From positions 55,924,001-55,988,000 of the forward strand of contig NC_043000.1 of NCBI RefSeq assembly GCF_006345805.1: 64,000 nucleotides of DNA, in the 5' to 3' direction. Under the pieces are notes generated by a model. It ran no database searches, was not told the DNA's origin, and saw nothing but the letters and a program-made list of their open reading frames with translations. The DNA comes from Octopus sinensis. Lineage: Eukaryota. Shown here piece by piece: positions 1-13,488 of the stretch (the stretch's first letter is position 1; every line of letters starts with the position of its first letter). A program made the translations under genes and the position numbers.

Positions 1-213
1 AGTTTCTGCTAAATTAACTTATGTTATAATGCTAGTTAGGTGTGACGAATGAATTAGCCGAAACGATGTGTGCATTGAATTAATTAGGTAATTTCTATTA
101 TACCTATCAATTGTTAGACAAAAATTTTTGAAAGCAATGTAATATTTTAAATAACTGCTCAAGGACTTGTATAAAGAAAAAAGTGAGTACTCATATAATT
201 GTTGCTGAGAATA

Positions 214-1275
214 CAAGATGCATTCAAGAAGTTTCCACACTTTTTTCAAGAGATGCATTTATTAATTTGAGACAAGTACAAAACTAATCTACTTCAAAGT
301 AGCATCCTTTTACATGAATGCATCTGTTGTAGCGCAGCAATCACATCGCTGAGGCCCCATGGAAATCCTCTAAAGGGAAAGTGTCTAGGTATCTTCTCAG
401 TGTCTCCAAAATGACTACCCCTGGGGTTTCCCTGCTTGGGGAACAAATCACAAGGATCAAGCTCTGAACTGTATGGAGGGTAGGGAAGTGTTTTGATGCC
501 CATCTCTCTTAGGATACAAAGATGGAAGTGTGGACTGGTGTATCGTCCTGGCGCAGGTGCCACCGACCCAAATGGTAACGTTTCAGCCTTACGTGGCGGC
601 GAAGTCTTTTCCTAACCTCCTTCAAAACCTCTACAGCACATTCTTGACCGTCTGGACAGAGGGAACCCAGCGTATGTAGACGATGGCCTGGTTGAAAAGG
701 TGAAACATGATAGGCTTTCCGCTGGACTTACTTTGCCTGACTGCCTTGCGTCTGTGTGAGCCAGGTTTCTTCTATTGGGCACTCTGTCACCTCGTCTCTG
801 GATCATAATAGTAGATTCAACTTTCGTCAAAGGTCACCAGAGACTCAAATACTCTGGGATTGGAGGTAATGAGCTCAAGCATTTCCCTGCTGTCACCAAA
901 GCGTCTTTCCTTCTGTTCGTCATTGAGCACCCAGGGAACAAATTTTGCTGAAACTCTTCGCATATTCAGATCTTATAATTAGTTCTGTCTACTGCCACTA
1001 CACCAGCTAGAAAATATGCTTATCGCGTTTATAGACATATGGCAGTCATCAGCCAGAAAACTGCGAATTTACTCAATTAGCTCCAATGTTTCCCTTCGCA
1101 CACTACTCATCATCTCTCACTTACTGTCTATTATCCTTGAACCTCTTGTGCCAACTCAAAACAGACGCTCGGCTCATAAAAACTTAATCTATAAGCAATC
1201 CGGGACGTCTCATAAATTTCTGTAGTGTTTTTGCCCAGTTTAACTCAAAATTCTATTTATAATTTATGTTTTACA
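214..1275 (-). mobile_element. Degraded mariner (DD34D-type) DNA transposon with right TIR at about 214-240
   Basis: Frame-broken minus-strand translation gives KLGKNTTEIYE, SRASVLSWHKRFKD, LNMRRVSAKFVPWVLNDEQKERR, VTFDES*IYYYDPET, HLRQDDTPVHTS and LPYPPYSSELDPCD, all mariner transposase motifs. TA then CAAGATGCATTCAAGAAGTTTCC at 212-236 resembles a mariner TIR. Left TIR not found. Confidence 0.9.
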
Positions 1276-2123
1276 ATTTAGATTCTCTTATCAAAGGGTT
1301 TTGTTAACGCTTCTGTTTGGGCGACAGAAGGTACAAGAATGTTGATTAAACCTTAATTTAAATAAATTGCCATTTAATCCGATATATAATATTGAGTAGA
1401 TATTAGATTACTCTGTCCGCTAATATTTTATTTTCAGTGTAATGAACAGCTGTTTGGATGCATAAAATTTCAAATCGCAATGTAGCGATCAGTATTGGGC
1501 AAGTTTAATTTGGATTGATTATATTAAGCTATATTCTACGTGAAGTTGTGTATAATCGATTAAGGAATTTCTATTCGATTTTCGTTACTTGTATTCCGAT
1601 GGAAATTTTCTAATTAAAAGATTAAAGAAAGATTTGGCAACTAAGATGGCTACTTTCAGAGTGTAGACTGAATTATACTGAAGAGCAAGTCTTTCTTTAC
1701 ATGGATTGGTGCTTTGTGTTTTCCAATTTAATGTTTTATCTGAAAATCTACTCAACTAAAAGACTATTGTAATAATTTAAAGTATCATTCCATAATTGTT
1801 CATTAGCTGAGATATTGAAAATCCGTAACAAGCTATTTTCCACAAGATAATTGCCTTTATTTCGAAATGATTTTAAAGTTTATGGATTCAGTGAAAAATT
1901 TAATTGGGTTCTCTATAAGGTGGAGAATAGTCTGATTTAAGAATAATGTTTAGAAAATTGACACGGTTAATAATAATAATAATAATCATGAACACGATCA
2001 TAATAACATGCCGGAAGTATGGATACGCGGTAAAGAGTGTTTGGTACCAACATACACAAGAGGTAACGGACGAAAAAGGCATTACGCCCGGCGCACTGAC
2101 GATTCTTCCAGCTCGCCGCCTTT

Positions 2124-2227
2124 AAGAAGAAGAAGAAGAAGTAGAAGAAGAAGAAGAAGAAGAAGAAGAAGAAGAAGAAGAAGAAGAAGAAGAAGAAGAA
2201 GAAGAAGAAGAAGAAGAAGAAGAAGAA
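2124..2227 (+). repeat. (AAG)n microsatellite
   Basis: Near-pure AGA repeat; explains the poly-Arg ORF 2008-2241. Confidence 0.95.
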
Positions 2228-2782
2228 ATGCCCTGATGTAGTACTAGGCAGTGGCTTTCACGACTTCTCATCTCCACTGACTGGAAGTGTTATCATGTGC
2301 TTTGTTTTGTATTGGTATCAAAGACGGGCTACTGCAAATATCCTGCTCAATACCATAGATTTCCTTGTCAGTTGTTTGACCATAGCCAGTTGAGCATGTC
2401 CTTTCATGGCTAATGATACGTGCATCTCTGATCACAAGCAGAAGTATTGGGGGAACCATCATAGCCATATGTTGAGAGGAATTCTTTGGGGTTTGGATAA
2501 TTCACCTTTGGAAACATGAGTGTTTCGTTCAACATCCATAAACAGCCCTTATTCAGGGACCTTTTCAGCGGGATGGGCTACTCAACCTGAAGAAAATTCT
2601 AACTGGGCTCTACCTGCAAGGTCATGTGCTGTTAATCTTGATATGAGATCACCATGTCGCGCAAATATGGTTGTGATGCATGTGCCTTGTGTACCCTTGT
2701 CAGACAGGTAGTCATGATGGGTATACTGGGCTTTGTATATTTTACTCAAGTGTCACTTTGATGCCATGCACTGCTCTCTCTC
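2226..2782 (+). mobile_element. 558-bp non-coding (AAT)n-associated retroposon, full-length copy 1
   Basis: Starts AAATGCCCTGATG, ends CACTGCTCTCTCTC followed by (AAT)n; colinear with 34743-35300 and with 21603-22092 (minus). Confidence 0.85.
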
Positions 2783-2835
<53 letters not shown>

Positions 2836-2857
2836 ATAATTAAATAAATAAATAAAT

Positions 2858-3035
2858 AAATGCCCTGATGCAGTACCAGACGGTGGCTGTCATGGCTTCT
2901 CATTTTAACTGATTGGAAATGTTATCATGTACATTGTTTTGTCTTGGTATAAAATATGAACTACAGCAAATTGTCTGCTCAATACCACAGATTTACGTGT
3001 CAGTTGTTTAATCCTAACGAGTCGAGCATGTCTCT
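2858..3035 (+). mobile_element. 5' ~180 bp of the 558-bp element, fused to an R4 LINE fragment
   Basis: Same start AAATGCCCTGATGCAGTACC; similarity ends near 3035, where R4 coding sequence begins. Confidence 0.8.
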
Positions 3036-3750
3036 TAACAGCTGAGGATGCATGGAACCCATCATCCACGTGCAGACCCTCATCGCCTATACTTGAAGAG
3101 AGCAAATGGAGGAAGAGGACTAATAAGTGCGGAAGACTGCGTGCGTATCGAACTCGAGAGCTTAATGAGATGCCTAGCCCAAAGTAAGGAAACCTTGCTT
3201 GTGAGTTAGAAACGAGGGATTATTGAAAGCAAAGAAAAAAGAAAAAACAAAGGAAGAAGTACAAAAGGCGCATGAAGAAGGATTGCGCAAGAGGGGACTA
3301 CACAATCAATTCCATGTAGCCACAACAGAAGTAGCCGGAAATATAAGCGGTATTGACTGAATAAAGGAACCCTAAAAGAAGAAACCGGGAGCACTATATT
3401 AGCAGCACAGGATCAAGCTTTGGCCACGAACTGGAGGGTCAATCTGAGGAGTGAGCAAGTGTCTTCGCTGTGCCTCGTCTGCAATAGAGTGGATGAAACC
3501 ATTGCCCATATCACGAACGAATGCCCTAGACTTTCCCAAAACCACTACAAGTTGTGGCGATACTAGCAGGTAGCAAAAGTGCTACATTGGAAACTGTGCG
3601 AAAAATAGGATCTAGAGAGAGGCAAGACGTGTTAAGAGCACAAACCACAGAGAGCGGCGGAGTCGAACACTAGCTAAAAAAACGGATAGCATGGTACCGT
3701 AGGCTGCAGGTAGCAATCACGCTGCTCCAACAAAAGTTGTGTTAAAGATA
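3036..3750 (+). mobile_element. R4/Dong-clade LINE fragment (family F), internally deleted, ending in (AAT)n
   Basis: Translates to HHPRADPHRLYLKRANGGRGLISAEDCV (RT thumb), ILAAQDQAL and CLVCNRVDETIAHITNEC (CCHC knuckle), followed by a short 3' UTR-like end abutting (AAT)n. Confidence 0.8.
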
Positions 3751-3760
3751 AATAATAATG

Positions 3761-3839
<79 letters not shown>

Positions 3840-3858
3840 TAATAATAATAAAAATAAA

Positions 3859-3918
<60 letters not shown>

Positions 3919-3919
<1 letters not shown>

Positions 3920-4296
3920 CTTTCTAATTGATGTATCAATACCAGCAGATGACAACGTTTCTCTAAAAGAAATGGAGAAACTCTCGAAATACAAAGACCT
4001 TGAAATAGAGGTAACTAGAATGCGGAATCTAAAAACAGAAACAATTTCTATCATAGTGGCTGCATTAGGTATGAAAAAAAAAACTATTCAGACAAATACA
4101 TAACAAAACCACCAGGACTTACAAATAAATACAACATACAGAAAATTGCACTGCTGGGCACTGCACACATTCTGCGCAAAACACTTTCAATACAGTAACC
4201 ATAACAGCATCACAGCAAACCACAGCACATCCCCAAGGCACACAGAGCTGCGCGAGGTAGTGAAGTGAAAACACGTTATAAAAAATAAAACTACTG
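3919..4296 (+). mobile_element. R4/Dong family A, 5'-truncated copy between two (AAT)n tracts
   Basis: FLIDVSIPADDNVSLKEMEKLSKYKDLEIE (REL nuclease C-terminal part); 3' UTR ends AAAACTACTG(AAT)n as in 27527-31541. Confidence 0.92.
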
Positions 4297-4330
4297 AATA
4301 ATAATAACAATAATAATAATAATAATAATG

Positions 4331-4386
<56 letters not shown>

Positions 4387-4430
4387 TAATAATAATAATA
4401 ATAACAATAATAAAAATAATAATAATAATA

Positions 4431-4476
4431 TGTGCAGTACCAGGCACTGGTTCTCATGGCTTCTGCTTTCTCACAC
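4431..4476 (+). mobile_element. 46-bp mini-derivative of the 558-bp element
   Basis: GCAGTACCAGGCACTGGTTCTCATGGCTTCTG (5' end of the element) joined to CTTTCTCACAC (like the 3' end CTCTCTCACTC), flanked by AAT/ATG repeats. Confidence 0.6.
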
Positions 4477-4493
4477 AATAATGATAATGACGG

Positions 4494-4533
<40 letters not shown>

Positions 4534-6525
4534 AAATCTGTCATATCTGTAAATTCCACTTGTCATATATGTAATTAGGAATATAGCTCACTTAGAGGTA
4601 TAAAATGAATAAAATACTATCATCTACAGAATCTTTATATTCCATGCTCACTTCGAACTATATATTCGAATACTTTTTATCAATATTGATTTATTAAAAA
4701 AATAAAATGGATATTTTTTTTGTATGATGAATGACATTGTATTTTGTTTTGTTTTTTTTTGCTTGTAAATCTTTAATAGATGTGATTTACCTGAATAAAT
4801 TAAGCCTATTTCGTGAGTGTAAGAGGATAAATCATAAAATGCATCAAATTGAAATTGTAAATGTCAGAAGGATCAAGAATCACTAACGCAGAGGATTCCT
4901 GTTTGTTCGAAACATTTGCAATTGTTCTTTAGCTCCAGCCAAGTCCTTATGGAGCAGATTTATATGATCAGTATGCTGAGACTGCATTATTCCATACACG
5001 CTTTATTCTAGACTTTAAGATGTAATTTGAGAGAGATGTGGCTACTATTTATACAGAGTGAACCCTTTGTTGGCTCATATTGAGTAAAAAAAAATAAAAT
5101 GAAAGAGAGCTTTTTTTATATATGTGTCTACATATGCATGTGTGTATATGTTCGCACGTATGTATGTAAGCATGAGTATATGTATTTATATGTTTATGTA
5201 CATACAAATACACATTCATGTTCTTATGCAAGCACAAACACAAATATCGGGATTTGTATGTTTTGACTTGCATATGTGTATATAAAGCATTCGATAGGCA
5301 AATGTCATACAAGAGTCAAGAATACTTTAAAAGAGTCAAGAATACTGAATTAAAAGTGAAATTTCTGGGAGACTATCGGGATCTGCTAATGATTATTTAG
5401 GTTCCTGTAGCAATCTTCTATGAAGTCATCTTCGATTATGCATTATAGTCATTGTAGTTTAATGTATGCATAAACATACGTCTGGGAACTTCTATATACT
5501 GTACGGTTCCATTACTGTAAGTTGCCAATTAGTTGTCTCTTTTCTAGATTTGTGAAGCCCGTATTCTCAAGATTGGTGCTGAATCAGATCCTTACAAATT
5601 CAAGTGTCTCAGTAATTATTTGTATGAATCTGAATATTTTACATTTGTTTCCTTAATCATTAACATTATTACAACATCTGTTGAGCACGTGATTTCCACT
5701 GCTATGCACAATCTTGTTATTAAACCAAATCGTTTTAGCTACTCTGTTTTTCATCAGTATTCTTTCATATTATGAATTAGTGGGTTCTCCACTTTATCGT
5801 AATTTCCTATATGTTCATCTTCAGAACTTTCTACATTTTGCCTTGCATAATGTTCTGCTTCAGAGGCATTTGCTGACAACTACTTTATATGCACCCCTAA
5901 CCATTTTTTGTGGCAAGTACTTTTGCAATTTTTTGTTCCTGTATTCCCCTGTTGTGTGTCCTTACTCATCATACAGAGTCACTCATTTTCTACTCTCGAG
6001 AGACACATTTCCAGCTGTCTGCCTCATGCATGCAGATTTAATCCGTGGACGGTTGATGGCTAATAGACAATGTCGAAGGATTGTGATCGATATCTAAATA
6101 CCGTTTCAATCGACCTTAAGCCTCTGCCTCGTTGTTTCCATTTTAAGTGGAGGAGGCGTTTGTTGATGTGGAAATTTCAAGGGTTAGTTTTCGGATTATG
6201 ACATCAATAGTCTGAATTTCATCTAGCTTCAAATCGAGTTATCCAAACATTTTTCTGGCAGATATTGGTTGTTATATAAGTAGGTAGGTAAGGTAGATGG
6301 CTTTCGTTGGACAAAAAACAAAACTTGACAAAGGGAGGATGAACTCAACATGGTTAGTAGTTATCCAGCGGCTTGAAGGGTAACACCTGTAACAGGTGAT
6401 TGATTAGTAAATCCAGAGAGAGATAGAATGATGCTGTAAGAGAACAGAATTAAAGCTAAAGAGAATTGTAGGGTGTTGTCTCACAGTTGCTTTCTCCCTC
6501 TGACCAAGGTTGGTCAGCCAGACCT

Positions 6526-6615
6526 CGTTGAGTCGTCACTGCCTGTGACTAACTCCGTTGAGTCGTCACGACTGTGACGAATTTGGTTGAATCGTCACCG
6601 GCTGGTGACTAACTG
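6526..6615. repeat. Three ~30-bp tandem units, each with a GTCAC/GTGAC hairpin
   Basis: Units start at 6526, 6556 and 6585; loops are TGCCT, GACT and CGGCTG. Confidence 0.75.
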
Positions 6616-7140
6616 CTTTTTGCTTGGGTTATGCTTGCTTATATAATCATCAAGAAGGATAGATATATCATTGAGAATAATAGATTTAGTTGGTGGTCTT
6701 GTTATCTCTATTCTAGCTTTTGGTGAAGTAGAAGAGGTTAGAAAGGGTCAAGTGGTGAAGACATTTTTTCGGCCTAGCTAAAGGCATCTGGAAAATGTAA
6801 AACCGCTGTCAGAGAAAAAACATTGTTCCACCATGGGAACAGTTCTGTTTCAGAGTTAATTCAAATTTGGCTATGGTGGATCAAATCCACTTCATGCATG
6901 CAAGATCCACTACACACCCTTAGTCTTTGTTTAGAGATATCTCATGAAAAAAAACTCTGATTTAACACCAGCGACATTGTTTACATCTTATGATGTAGAT
7001 TAATTATTCTATTTGTGCAAATAAGTTAACAAGGTAGTTTGACTGGTCTTGCACAAGTCTTTTCCATACTTAAAAAAGCTTCTGGGAAAGGCAGCACTTG
7101 ATTTTTTTTACATCTCTATTAAGTGCTGCATACTATAGCT

Positions 7141-7372
7141 TAGCGTAACAAAAGGAGGAAAAACACTCAATGAAAAATACCATGAAGGAATGAAGACATG
7201 AGTCAGTGTAAGTGTTAAGCTCTCCGAACACCTGCTACAAGAGGTGTCCACCGTTGCCACCCCTGTGCAAAACATTGTAGATCCCTAGAAGGATTGAAAA
7301 GCCATACGTACGTCGTTCACATTTAAGATAACAACCAAGCGATGGATTGCTCGAAATCGAATTGAAGGCGTC
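7141..7372 (+). mobile_element. RTE-like LINE 3' end
   Basis: 7251-7326 encodes RCHPCAKHCRSLEGLKSHTYVVHI*, a C2H2-like terminus typical of RTE-group ORFs; a short UTR then runs into (AGGT)n. Confidence 0.5.
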
Positions 7373-7884
7373 AGGTAGGTAGATAGGTAAGTAGGTAGGT
7401 AGGTAGGTAGGTAGGTAGGTAGGTAGGAGGTAGGTAGGTAGTTAGGTGCTAGGTAGGTAGGTAGGTAGGTAGGTAGGTAGGTAGGTAGGTAGGTAGGTAG
7501 GTAGGTGCTAGGTAGGTAGCTAGGTAGGTAGGTAGGTAAGTAGGTAGGTAGACAGGTAGGTAGGTAGGTAGGTAGGTAGGTATGTAGGTACGTAGGTACG
7601 TAGGTACGTAGGTAGCTAGGTGCTAGGTAGGTAGGTAGGCAGATAAGTAGGTAGGAAGGTAGGTAGGTAGGTAGGTAGGTAGGTAGGTAGGTAGGTAGGT
7701 AGGTAGGTAGGTGCAAATAGGTAGGTAGCTAGGTAGCTAGGTAGCTAGGTAGCTAGGTAGCTAGGTGCTAGGTAGGTAGGTAGGCAGGTAGGTAGGTAGG
7801 TAGGTAGGTAGGTAGGTAGGTAGGTAGGTAGATGCTAGGTAGGTAGGTAGGTAGGTAGATAGGTAGGTAGGTAGGTAGGTAGGT
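7373..7884 (+). repeat. (TAGG)n microsatellite, ~510 bp
   Basis: Direct reading; source of the PTYL ORF. Confidence 0.95.
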
Positions 7885-8328
7885 AAACACTTGATGTTTG
7901 TCAGAAGGACTAAGTTACTTCGATGTAAACTTGCAGATTCTTCAGTTGCCGATTGTCATAACTGATGTCGGACAAAAGGTAAGAATGCTATTCTATCTGA
8001 AGAATCGAGGCAGTTTTGTGCTCGTCTCATTAACTACAATCAAATTTACGTACATAAAAAAGAGCCGCAAACAGACAAGAGACCTTTCAGAGTCATGGAT
8101 GCCGTTGTTGCAGTTCAGCTATCACGTATGCCTCTGAAGGTGAACTGCCTAATATTATTGTAATTTCTACGATTATAGGGGCACACGGTAAATGTAGCAC
8201 ATGCGGAAGCAATCGAAATTCTCCAGTTGCTCATGTAGCAGCATCCTCCGTTACCGCTGTTTTAATGACTGTCATTGGTATTTAGGTAGTGGTCATACAT
8301 GTACGCGATATGTATGTTTATATATATA

Positions 8329-9066
8329 TTTCTTTATTGCCCACAAGGGGCTAAACATAGAGGAGACAAACAAGGACAGACAGAGGGATTAAGTAGATTA
8401 CATCGACCCAGTGCGAAACTGGTACTTTATTTATCGAGCCCGAAAGGATGGAAAGCAAAGTCGACCCCGGCGGAATTTGAACTCAGAACGTAGCGGCAGA
8501 CGAAATACTGCTAAGCACTTCGCCCGGCGTGCTAACGTTTCTGCCAGCTCAACGCCCTCATGACATGTATGTTTATATTTATTTCTTTATTGCTCACAAG
8601 GGGCTAAACATAGAGGAGACAAACAAGGACAGACAAAGGGATTAAGTAGATTACATCGACCCCAGTGCGAAACTGGTACTTTATTTATCGAGCCCGAAAG
8701 GATGAAAGGCAAAGTCGACCTCGGCGGCATTTGAACTCAGAACGTAGCGGCAGACGAAATACTGCTAAGCATTTCGCCCGGCGTGCTAACGTTTCTGCCA
8801 GCGCGCCGCCCTCATGACATGTATGTTTATATATATTTCTTTATTGCTCACAAGGGGCTAAACATAGAGGAGACAAACAAGGACAGACAAAGGGATTAAG
8901 TAGAGTACATCGACCCCAGTGCGAAACTGGTACTTTATTTATCGAGCCCGAAAGGATGAAAGGCAAAGTCGACGTCGGCGGAATTTGATCTCAGAACGTA
9001 ACGGCAGACGAAATACTGCTAAGCATTTCGCCCGGCGTGGTAACGTTTCTGCCAGCTCACCGCCCT
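8329..9066 (-). mobile_element. Three tandem copies of tRNA-derived SINE-B (long-tail variant)
   Basis: Copies at 8329-8558, 8582-8812 and 8836-9066. Head GGCG...GCTGGCAGAAACGTTAGC, B box GAGTTCAAAT, tail AGCCCCTTGTGGGCAATAAAGAAA (copy 1). Confidence 0.92.
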
Positions 9067-9593
9067 CACGACATATATGTTTATATGTAGGTATGCATGC
9101 GTGCGTGTGTGTAATGTGTTGTTGTTACTTTACATGTTTGTTTCCCAAAACAGATATTTCTCTGTCTTTATGCAAATCATTGCACAACGTGCTTTACATG
9201 TTGGTATGTTATGCTTTGATGCATGTGTCTGTTTGTGTGCAAGTTTTTTAGTACGTATGGTTTGTACATATATATAACGTGTATGTAATATAAATGGTAT
9301 ATACGTTTTATATTATATGATAGATATTTAATGCTTGTGTGCATATTGTTCGCGACTGGGATTCGGGACTGTTGTCGCTTAAGTAGAAATGCTTCGCACA
9401 AACCAAATAAATTATTTCATTATATAAGTAGATTTACATATGCATGTATACGTACATACATGTACATACGAATATATATATATACACATACAGATACACA
9501 CAACCACACACATGTATATCTTTGTATATATGGGTATGTACGTATATACGTTTATATATATAGATATATATATTATGTATGTATGTATGTATG

Positions 9594-9624
<31 letters not shown>

Positions 9625-10154
9625 ATACCTACAATTATATAAATATACATATATATGTATATACATACACACACATATATATATATATACATATGCAAAT
9701 TGATGTATATAACGTATATATATATAGCAATATGTGCTTATGTGTATGCGCATGTATGCTTATATTAATGATACCTGTATGCATGTATCTATGTATGTGT
9801 ACATGTATGTAAATATATATATATATATGTGTGTGTGTGTGCGTGTGTGTGTGTGTGTGCGTGTGTATGTGCGTTTGCGTGTGTATGCTTGTGTATATGT
9901 ATGTGTCTATGCATGTATTCTAAACAAGTGAATGAGATTTAAAGCAAAGTTATCTGCCATCAAAATCTGTAAGATTTCTTGCTTCTTAGATGTCATAATT
10001 AGTTATCCCTCTTGCAGCTATTAAGTTAGACATTTAGCGCTAAGCTCTCTCTCCCTCCCTTTCTCCTTATCTCTCACATCCCCCCTTTCTCTCAATCTCT
10101 TTCTCTCTCTCCTTCCCTCTCCCTCCCTCTCTTTCTTATTATCTCTTTCCCTCT

Positions 10155-10203
<49 letters not shown>

Positions 10204-10851
10204 ACCAATTTCCTAATGGAATAGAAATGTGTGGAAACTTCTCTTTGATTTCTTTTTTTTTTTGTTGCTGTGTGTGAGTGTGTATGTATGTGTGTGTGCG
10301 CGTGCGCATGGGTGTATGTGTGTGTTGTGTGTCTTTTTATACTGCTATGTAGTTTTCTTTGAAATTTATATTTTTCTATAGTTTTTTTTTTTTTGCTTGG
10401 CATGTTTTGATTTTGTTTAAGTTTTCTTTGGAGGGAGGGTCACTATCAAATACTGCCACTATCAAATACCAACTACCGACTACATCAGAACCATGAAGAA
10501 AACCGATCACTACCACAAGTACCACCACCACCACTATCATTATCAACAACAGAAGATGTAGCATTGTCATTAGCTGCACTAGCACCGCAGCATCATCATG
10601 TTGCACTCACACATGTATTCATCTAACATTGCACTCACACATGTATTCAGGCACGCATGCGCACACGCTCAAACCCGCGTTTTATTTACATTGATCTATG
10701 TAATATCCCTATCTTGGCATCAATGCGACTACCATCATATCAACATCATTATCTTCTTCATTCTCTTCGTCCAATTTTGTTTATGGATCGCTCGAGTGTA
10801 GCAATAACAAGGCGTACAAGGCGTAGATAGAGTTACAGCTCGATGCATGGA

Positions 10852-11425
<574 letters not shown>

Positions 11426-12106
11426 AATACATTAATTTAGATTATTATCTATCTGTCTATCTACCAGCAGTTGGTTGGCTGGTTTCCGTGTGTTATAACA
11501 TTGCCATTATAGGTCAAACTTTATAAATAATTTATCGATAGATACAGACAAATCAGCATGCCATCTCATTCCAAGGTCCTTAATTTCTCGATGGATTCGT
11601 AAGTGTGCCGTCGTGACATACGGTGAGTTTTGAACATAAATATGCCTGCTAAAACAGAACCTGCCCAACCCATATGGTCACAGCTGATTTCTTCCTGCGA
11701 GAGAGAGAGTGAGAGAGAGAGAAAGACACACACTAAAAATGGTTTGTGAAAGAGACAAATTAACATGCGTATAGGACTTGTTCTTTATTTAGTGACCATA
11801 AAAGCGATGAAAGGCAAAATTAATATCGGTCGTATTTGAACTCAGAGCACAGATCGCCGGGACGACCATCACAAAGTAAGCTATCTGACGCTCTAATGAC
11901 TCTGCCTGTGTACATATATACATATATTTATTACAGTTGCAATCTACAAGCGGAACTGTAAATATATGCAAGACATTTCTCAAGTTCAAACTGTGAATTT
12001 GTTTTTGTTACGTGCATTTCAACTTTAGCGATTTGTATCTTTGTTAAAAACCGGCTCCTTCCTTATAGGAATATTCCAAATAATTAAAAATAAAACATAC
12101 ATACAT

Positions 12107-12143
<37 letters not shown>

Positions 12144-12187
12144 GAGATATCCGTAAATCTAGGTAGACAATATAATATTTATGAAAT

Positions 12188-12480
12188 GCATAGCTCAGCG
12201 GTAAAAGCGTTTCGATTCCCAGACCGGGCTTTGTGTTGTGTTCTTGAGCAAAACACTTTATTTCACGTTGCTGCAGTTCACACAGCTATATAAATGCGTT
12301 GCAACGTCACTGATGCCAAGATGTATCGGCCATTGCTTTTCCACTTGACAACATTGGTGGTGGAGAGGGAAGACAAGTATGCATGGATGACTACTGGTCT
12401 TCCACAAAATAACCTTGCCAGAACTTGTGCCTTTCTAAGTGCAATCCCATGATCATTGGGAGTGACCGAAGGGGGCCTTT
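12188..12480 (+). mobile_element. tRNA-derived SINE-A (CORE-like centre)
   Basis: A box TAGCTCAGCGG, TTCGATTCCC, then TGTGTTCTTGAGCAAAACACTTTATTTCAC; homologous to 20180-20501 and 54166-54488. Confidence 0.8.
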
Positions 12481-13375
12481 TAATTTTCCTGAAACGAAAC
12501 ATTCAAAAATTATCTTGCACGAGTATTTATAAACTTAGGGGGTCTATGTTTTGTTGTTTTTGGTTCTTTTTCTTTATTATTCGATCGGGGTACTCATTTC
12601 CTTTAGTGGGGCAGTGGATCTAACAGCTTTTACGGCTATTAACATCATCTTTGTGTCTTGAGCTGTAAACGACATCTTGGTTAACATTGCTTTTAAAGTC
12701 ATTTAAGGCCAGCAGTAATAAAACTCACTCATACTCTGAATCACCAATGTGAAACACCAACCAATTGCAATTCCTATCGGCACATAGGTCAATCTTCATC
12801 GACCTGTCGTATGACCAAAAGAGATTCCAGCCGTGACCGACCCATTTTCATTCTGATGCGTATTGTACTCTAAAATACAACAATCCAAAGATTAATTCCT
12901 TTAAAATAGTTAAGCTTGGCGTGAGGGAATTTGGACTGCCATATTTAGTAAGTTGTGCAACCATTTGGGGTGTACTGGCATAAACCTGAAGAGGCAGTCA
13001 GTTCTTATTGCTCATATCGTTATTTAAGCCTTAGGCCAAGCTTGAACGGATGTATCGTCAGAGCATTTCCAAACGTGAGCATCCCGCCTTTTCCCCATGT
13101 GCGGGAGACGAAATACCAGATTATCCGACGTCATTTATTTGAGACAATAGCGTATGGCTGGAGAGAGAACGATTTGGCTGTTATTTCTAGCTTAATGAGA
13201 GACCACGTATCGGCATCTTCACTGACATCGAAGAACCAATCAGTCTAGTATGCATGTACTAAGGTCAATTCAATCAACTAGATTTTCTTCCCTTCGCAAT
13301 TTGAGGCATTATGTCAATGTGAGAAATCAATGATTTCATCATTGTCAGTGTATACACATGTATACATGCACACAG

Positions 13376-13407
<32 letters not shown>

Positions 13408-13443
13408 GTGTGTGTGTGTATGTGTGTACATGTATATGTATAA

Positions 13444-13480
<37 letters not shown>

Positions 13481-13488
<8 letters not shown>

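Noticed and set aside
2585-2640. CUGAAGA inside the 558-bp element as a hammerhead
   Set aside because: No downstream GAAA or pairable stems; an HDV-like fold at its 5' end could not be built by eye either.
3739-4559. Poly-N/I/Y/L ORFs here and throughout the ORF track
   Set aside because: Direct translations of AAT, TA, CA, GATA, TAGG and GAT microsatellites, which lack stop codons in some frames.
5400-6250. Possible ancient R4-like N-terminal remnant on the minus strand
   Set aside because: Only scattered residue similarity across many stops and frameshifts.
6526-6615. CRISPR-like array
   Set aside because: Units are contiguous with no spacers, no cas genes, eukaryotic context.
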